Position numbers and translations under genes: made by a program
Shown: in pieces, positions 60,022 to 64,000 of the stretch
How positions within the stretch are numbered: the stretch's first letter is position 1
Layout of the letters: each line of letters opens with the position of its first letter
The notes under the pieces: generated by a model
Told to the model about the DNA's origin: nothing
Database searches by the model: none
What the model saw: only the letters and a program-made list of their open reading frames with translations
From: an uncultured Chloroflexia bacterium
Lineage (GTDB): Bacteria; Chloroflexota; Limnocylindria; Limnocylindrales; CSP1-4
Direction: 5' to 3'
Assembly (NCBI GenBank): GCA_963739885.1
Contig: CAVUCC010000001.1
Coordinates: 206,516 to 270,515 of the forward strand
Length of the DNA stretch: 64,000 nucleotides

Positions 60022-61554
60022 GCGCCCGTCCCCGCCACGGCCGCCGCGCCGTTCGCCGGCCCACCCTCCGGCGGCAGGTTGTGCGCCGCGCGCAGCAGAG
60101 CCGCCTCGTCGGCCGAGGCGGCGTCGAGCTCGGCGACGACCTGGCCACCGAAGATGACGATCGCACGGTCGCACACGAGCTGGATCTCCTTGAGCTCCGA
60201 GGTGTACAGCAGCACCGCGGCACCCGCTTCGGCCAGCTCGCGCAACAGGACGTAGATCTGCTGCTTGGTCCGGATGTCGATGCCACGCGTGGGGTCGAAG
60301 CACAGCATCGTCTGCACGCCGCCCGCCACCCAGCGCGCGATGGTGACCTTCTGCTGGTTGCCGCCCGACAGCCGTCGTACCTCGTTGCCGGCTCGGGCAT
60401 CGATCTGCAGCTTCTCGACCGCACCGTCGACCGTGCGGCCTTCCTCGCCCAGGTCGATCAGGCCCCAGTTGCGCAGCCGCGTGCGGAATGGCAGGGCGAC
60501 GTTCTCGCGGACCGAGCGCTGCATCAGGAGCGCCTCGGCCCGATCTGCCGGAACGTAGACCAGGCCGGCGCGAATGGCGTCGGCAGGATCACGGAACGAG
60601 ACCCGCTTGCCGTTGACGAGCAGCTGGCCGGTGGCTGGGCGGGCCGAGCCGGCGAGGATGTCGAACAGCTCGTCCTGGCCCTGATCATCGAGCGCCACGA
60701 TCCCCAGCACCTCGCCCGGATACAGGGCAAACGAGGCATCGTGAAGGCGGCGAGTCGCGGCCAGCTTGCGGGCCTCCACGCGCGGGGTCGCGTCGCGTTG
60801 CCTGGCAGCCGCGCCGCGGTCTTCCATCAGGCGTGCCGGCATCTCCTCGATCTCGCCCAGCATCAGCTCGACGATGCGCTCCTCGGAGCCGGCGGTGATG
60901 TCGACCACGCCGACGGTTGCTCCCTCGCGCAGGACCGTCGCCCGGTCGCACACGGCGGCAATCTCGATCATGCGGTGGGAGATGAAGATCACCGATCGGT
61001 CGCCGCCGCGCTGGCGACCGATCACATCGAGCACGCGCTCGGTCAGGTTGGCCGGCAGGGCGGCCGTCATCTCGTCCATCAGCAGCACGTCGGGCTCGAT
61101 GGCCAGCGCGCGGGCAAGGTCGATGATCCGCAGCGAGGCCAGCGGCAGCCGCCGCGCCAGGCTCGACAGATCGAGGTTCTCCAGGCCGAGCTCGTCGATC
61201 CAGTGGAGGAACGGGTCCAGGGGCGTGCTGGTGAGGCGCAGGTTGGCACGGATGTCGAGGTCGGGGATGAGCGACGGCTCCTGGTAGACCGAGACCAGGC
61301 CGTTGCGGCGTGCCTCGGCCGGCGAGTGCGAGGTCCGCTCGCGCCCGCGGACGACGATCCGCCCGCTGTCCGGATGCACGGCGCCGGTCAGGATCTTGAC
61401 CAGCGTGCTCTTGCCGGCGCCATTGGCGCCCAGCAGCGCGTGCACCTCGCCTGGTCGCACGGCCAGCGGACGCCGATGCGAGCGCGACGACCGCGCCGTA
61501 GGTCTTCGAGATCCCCGTCGCCTCGAGCAGGAGATCGCTACCGGTGGAAGTCAT
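60018..61554 (-). pseudogene. ABC sugar transporter ATP-binding protein with two NBDs (RbsA/MglA-like), frameshift near 61465
   Basis: N-terminus MTSTGSDLLLEATGISKTYGAVVALASA is in the frame of ORF 60685-61554. Walker A GANGAGKST and the rest are in ORF 60018-61460. An extra G in tccGctggcc explains the shift. Confidence 0.75.
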
Positions 61555-61621
61555 GGGCTCCTGGTTGCGAGCGCGGGGGACGCCGGCTCGGCCGGCGTCC
61601 CCCGCTTGATGGAGATAGGCG

Positions 61622-62815
61622 TTACGCGCCCTGGCAGGACGACGGAACCGTGTTCGGGTCGTAGTCGGTCCAGCCCGGGATGGACAGGCTGAGTGGCCAC
61701 AGCGGGTCCATGCCGGGGACGGAGATCCACGCCTTGAGCGCGGCCTGGCCGTCGGGCGTGGTGTTGTCGAGGATCTGCGGATCGAGCAGGATCGTGTTGG
61801 GGCGACCTGCGCCCGCGGTCTGCTCGACCTGCTGGCCGCTGAGCAGCTCGTAGGCCAGCTTGACGCCCGCGCCGCCGACGGAGGCCGTATTGGTCACGGC
61901 CGCGCCGACCAGGCCCGGGTAGTCGGTCGGGTTGAGCAGCTGCGCGACGAACGCGCCGATGTCGGCATCGGCAATCGGCACGAACGGCTTGTTGGCCGCC
62001 TTGATCGCGTCGACGATCTGAGCGCCCATGCCGGAGGCCCAGATGCCGTCGATCTTGTCGTACTGGCCGCTGGCGATGAAGTCGTTGGCCAGGTTGGTGG
62101 TCGTGGCCGGATCCCAACCGGTGAACACACCGTTGGCGTCAGGGACGATCTTGATATCCGGGTAGTCCTTGAGGACGTTCTTGAACCCGACGTCGCGGTC
62201 GGAGTCGGCCGGGTGGCCGGCGAGCCCGCGGGTGTACCACACGGTGCCCTTGCCGCCGATCTGGTCGAACAGCCACTTGGCGCCGAGCTCGGCGTACTTG
62301 ACCTGGTTGTTGTACAGGTTCCAGGTGTTGGGGTCGGTGACGTAGGCGTCAACCGAGACGGTCACGACGCCCGCGTCGTGTGCCTCGGCGAGTGCGGGGT
62401 TCAGCGCGTCGGGATCGTTGGGGTTGAACACGAGCGCGTTGGCGCCCGACGAGATCAGGTCTCGCAGGTCGGACAGCTGTCCGGCAGCGTCGGTGTTGCG
62501 ATGGATGACGTTCAGCCCGGAGATCTTGTCCTTGCCCAGCGCCGCAGCCTCGGCCTTCGCGGTGCAGACCTGCTCCTCACGGAAGCCGTTGCCGACGCCG
62601 CCGCCGTTCGAGTACCCGATCGAGAACGGGCCAGCCGCCGGCGCCATGCTCTCGGGCGCCATGCTCTCGGGCGCCGAGCTCGACGGCGCCATGCTCTCGG
62701 GCGCCTGCGTCGGGGCCTGGGTCGGAGCCGGGGTGGCCCCGCTGCTGCACGCCCCCACGATGATCGCCATCGTGCTGATGGCGACCAGGCCGCGGGCCTT
62801 GTCCAGATGCTTCAT
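61622..62815 (-). CDS. ABC sugar-binding periplasmic lipoprotein
   Basis: Lipobox IIVGAC, a tandem APESMAP linker, and a periplasmic-binding-protein type I fold. Confidence 0.8.
   Translation of the reverse strand: MKHLDKARGLVAISTMAIIVGACSSGATPAPTQAPTQAPESMAPSSSAPESMAPESMAPAAGPFSIGYSNGGGVGNGFREEQVCTAKAEAAALGKDKISGLNVIHRNTDAAGQLSDLRDLISSGANALVFNPNDPDALNPALAEAHDAGVVTVSVDAYVTDPNTWNLYNNQVKYAELGAKWLFDQIGGKGTVWYTRGLAGHPADSDRDVGFKNVLKDYPDIKIVPDANGVFTGWDPATTTNLANDFIASGQYDKIDGIWASGMGAQIVDAIKAANKPFVPIADADIGAFVAQLLNPTDYPGLVGAAVTNTASVGGAGVKLAYELLSGQQVEQTAGAGRPNTILLDPQILDNTTPDGQAALKAWISVPGMDPLWPLSLSIPGWTDYDPNTVPSSCQGA
62628..62712. repeat. 18-nt tandem repeat (gccatgctctcgggcgcc, 3-4 copies) in the SBP linker
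   Basis: Directly visible in the sequence. Encodes APESM repeats on the minus strand. Confidence 0.8.
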
Positions 62816-62906
62816 GTGCTGACTCTCCTCCTTGCGGCGGCCGGGCGCTCCGGGATGGAGCAGGGTCCGCCAGATCCGTGGTGGCTTGCCCAAGGCTCTC
62901 GCTTCG

Positions 62907-63701
62907 TCATCCACCTCCTCGCTGGTCGATCGCACGGGCGAGCCGCCGCGCATGCTCTCGATAGGCTTCGTCGAACAGGGCCCGCGACCGATCGGCTCCC
63001 ACCACGCTTGCGCGCGTGAGGACCGGGGGCATCGCCCCCTGCCCCACCAGGAGCTGGGCGGTCCGGACCTTGATGGCGTTGACGATGGCAACTGCACCCA
63101 CCGTCGATCCAGGGCCAACCGGCGTGTCGAGGCCCTCCACCGTCACCAGAGCGTCCGCGGCGGGCGTGCACAGGTCGATCACGAGGTCGGCCTCGTCCAT
63201 CAGCCGTGACCCCGTACCGGGATCGGGCGACGTGGCCATCGACTGGGCGACCGAGGTGACCGCGATCACGCGCAGCCCTCGGGCCTTCGCGCCCCGCGCC
63301 ATCTCGACCGGCACCGCCGTGGCACCGCTGGCCGAGAACACGATCATCACATCGTGCGGCCCGAATGCGAAGTTGGACAGGATCACGTCGGCCAGCCCGG
63401 GAGTCCGCTCGATGAACATCGCCTGCCGCTGGCCGTTCGTGCCCACGACCTGGGTGTGGAACGTCATCGACAGCTCGACGATCGGGTTGAAACCCGGATA
63501 GGAACCGTAGCGCGGGAACATCTCCTCGACCGGGATCCGGGAGTGCCCGGTGCCGAACAGGTGGACGAGACCGTCGGCCGCGATCGCATCGGCACACCAG
63601 GCGCTGGCGGTCTCGATCGCCTGGGCCTGCGTCGTCGCCACGCGCTCCAGGACCCCGATGGCCTCGGCGATCCACGGCACGGTGCCCACGGCGGACGTCA
63701 T
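62907..63701 (-). CDS. SIS-domain protein (sugar phosphate isomerase/binding)
   Basis: LFGTGHS and VMIVFSASGAT are SIS motifs. Confidence 0.65.
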   Translation of the reverse strand: MTSAVGTVPWIAEAIGVLERVATTQAQAIETASAWCADAIAADGLVHLFGTGHSRIPVEEMFPRYGSYPGFNPIVELSMTFHTQVVGTNGQRQAMFIERTPGLADVILSNFAFGPHDVMIVFSASGATAVPVEMARGAKARGLRVIAVTSVAQSMATSPDPGTGSRLMDEADLVIDLCTPAADALVTVEGLDTPVGPGSTVGAVAIVNAIKVRTAQLLVGQGAMPPVLTRASVVGADRSRALFDEAYREHARRLARAIDQRGGG

Positions 63702-64000
63702 GCGGCGTCCGCCAGCAGCGTGTCATCGATCTGGACGGCCTCCCAGCGACCACTCCCCATCGAGCGGTAGGCCGCGTCCAGCACGGCGTTCACGACGTAG
63801 CCATCGCGGAACGACTCCTGTGGAGCCCGACCCGAGCGGAACGCCTCGACCACGTTCGCCATCATCAGGTCGTGGCCGTGGACGCGGACCTCGTCGGGGA
63901 CGGGGAACAGCCATCCGGTCTCGGCGTCGGCCTTCTCGACGACGTACCCCGCCGGACGCTCCACGAACGCCTTGAGCGAGCCGACGCTGAGGTCGGTGAT
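63698..64000 (-). CDS. Gfo/Idh/MocA-family oxidoreductase, C-terminal part only (gene continues beyond the window end)
   Basis: The C-terminal domain motif context (EKADAETGWLFPV...) is typical of Gfo/Idh/MocA. Confidence 0.5.
   Translation of the reverse strand: MTDLSVGSLKAFVERPAGYVVEKADAETGWLFPVPDEVRVHGHDLMMANVVEAFRSGRAPQESFRDGYVVNAVLDAAYRSMGSGRWEAVQIDDTLLADAA

Noticed and set aside
1-64000. CRISPR arrays, IS elements/transposases, integrases
   Set aside because: No direct-repeat/spacer periodicity, and no DDE-transposase, tyrosine/serine recombinase or Cas-like ORFs were found. The only mobile-like hints are the PPK2 scar and the flanking palindromes, reported as findings.

Overview
This is a high-GC (about 70%) Actinobacteria-like chromosomal segment with no rRNA, tRNA, CRISPR or transposase genes. 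Reading from the start, it holds: (1) a PspC / DUF4097 / LiaS-like histidine kinase / LuxR-type response-regulator envelope-stress module; (2) gluconokinase, a CaCA antiporter remnant, flavodoxin, an F420-type nitroreductase and a ClC channel; (3) a MoxR–DUF58–VWA–VWA (Bat-like) operon with an HtrA-like protease; (4) an unusual cluster of a membrane-tethered atypical LuxR regulator, a hexahaem cytochrome c, an acidic repeat ORF, a Tat-type NrfC-like Fe-S protein, an NrfD/PsrC-like membrane subunit and a pentahaem cytochrome c, ending in a polyphosphate kinase 2 (PPK2) gene fragment; (5) a reductive pyrimidine catabolism cluster (mmsA, preA-like, dihydropyrimidinase, beta-ureidopropionase, NCS1 permease) split by a 1548-aa secreted multidomain GH5/PKD protein built from a novel ~130-aa repeat; (6) hypFCDE [NiFe]-hydrogenase maturation genes; (7) a sugar/amino-sugar catabolic island (PTE-like, FAD oxidoreductase, Eda, SDR, NagA, GntR, ROK, ABC transporter, SIS, Gfo/Idh/MocA). 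At least 25 single-base indels (5 in the NrfD-like gene alone) split otherwise recognisable genes across reading frames. They are concentrated at 0–23 kb and 44–62 kb, while 23–44 kb is intact, so this is either a pseudogene-rich or an indel-error-rich assembly. The most novel candidates are the multihaem-cytochrome/NrfCD-like module and the giant repeat-containing secreted protein.
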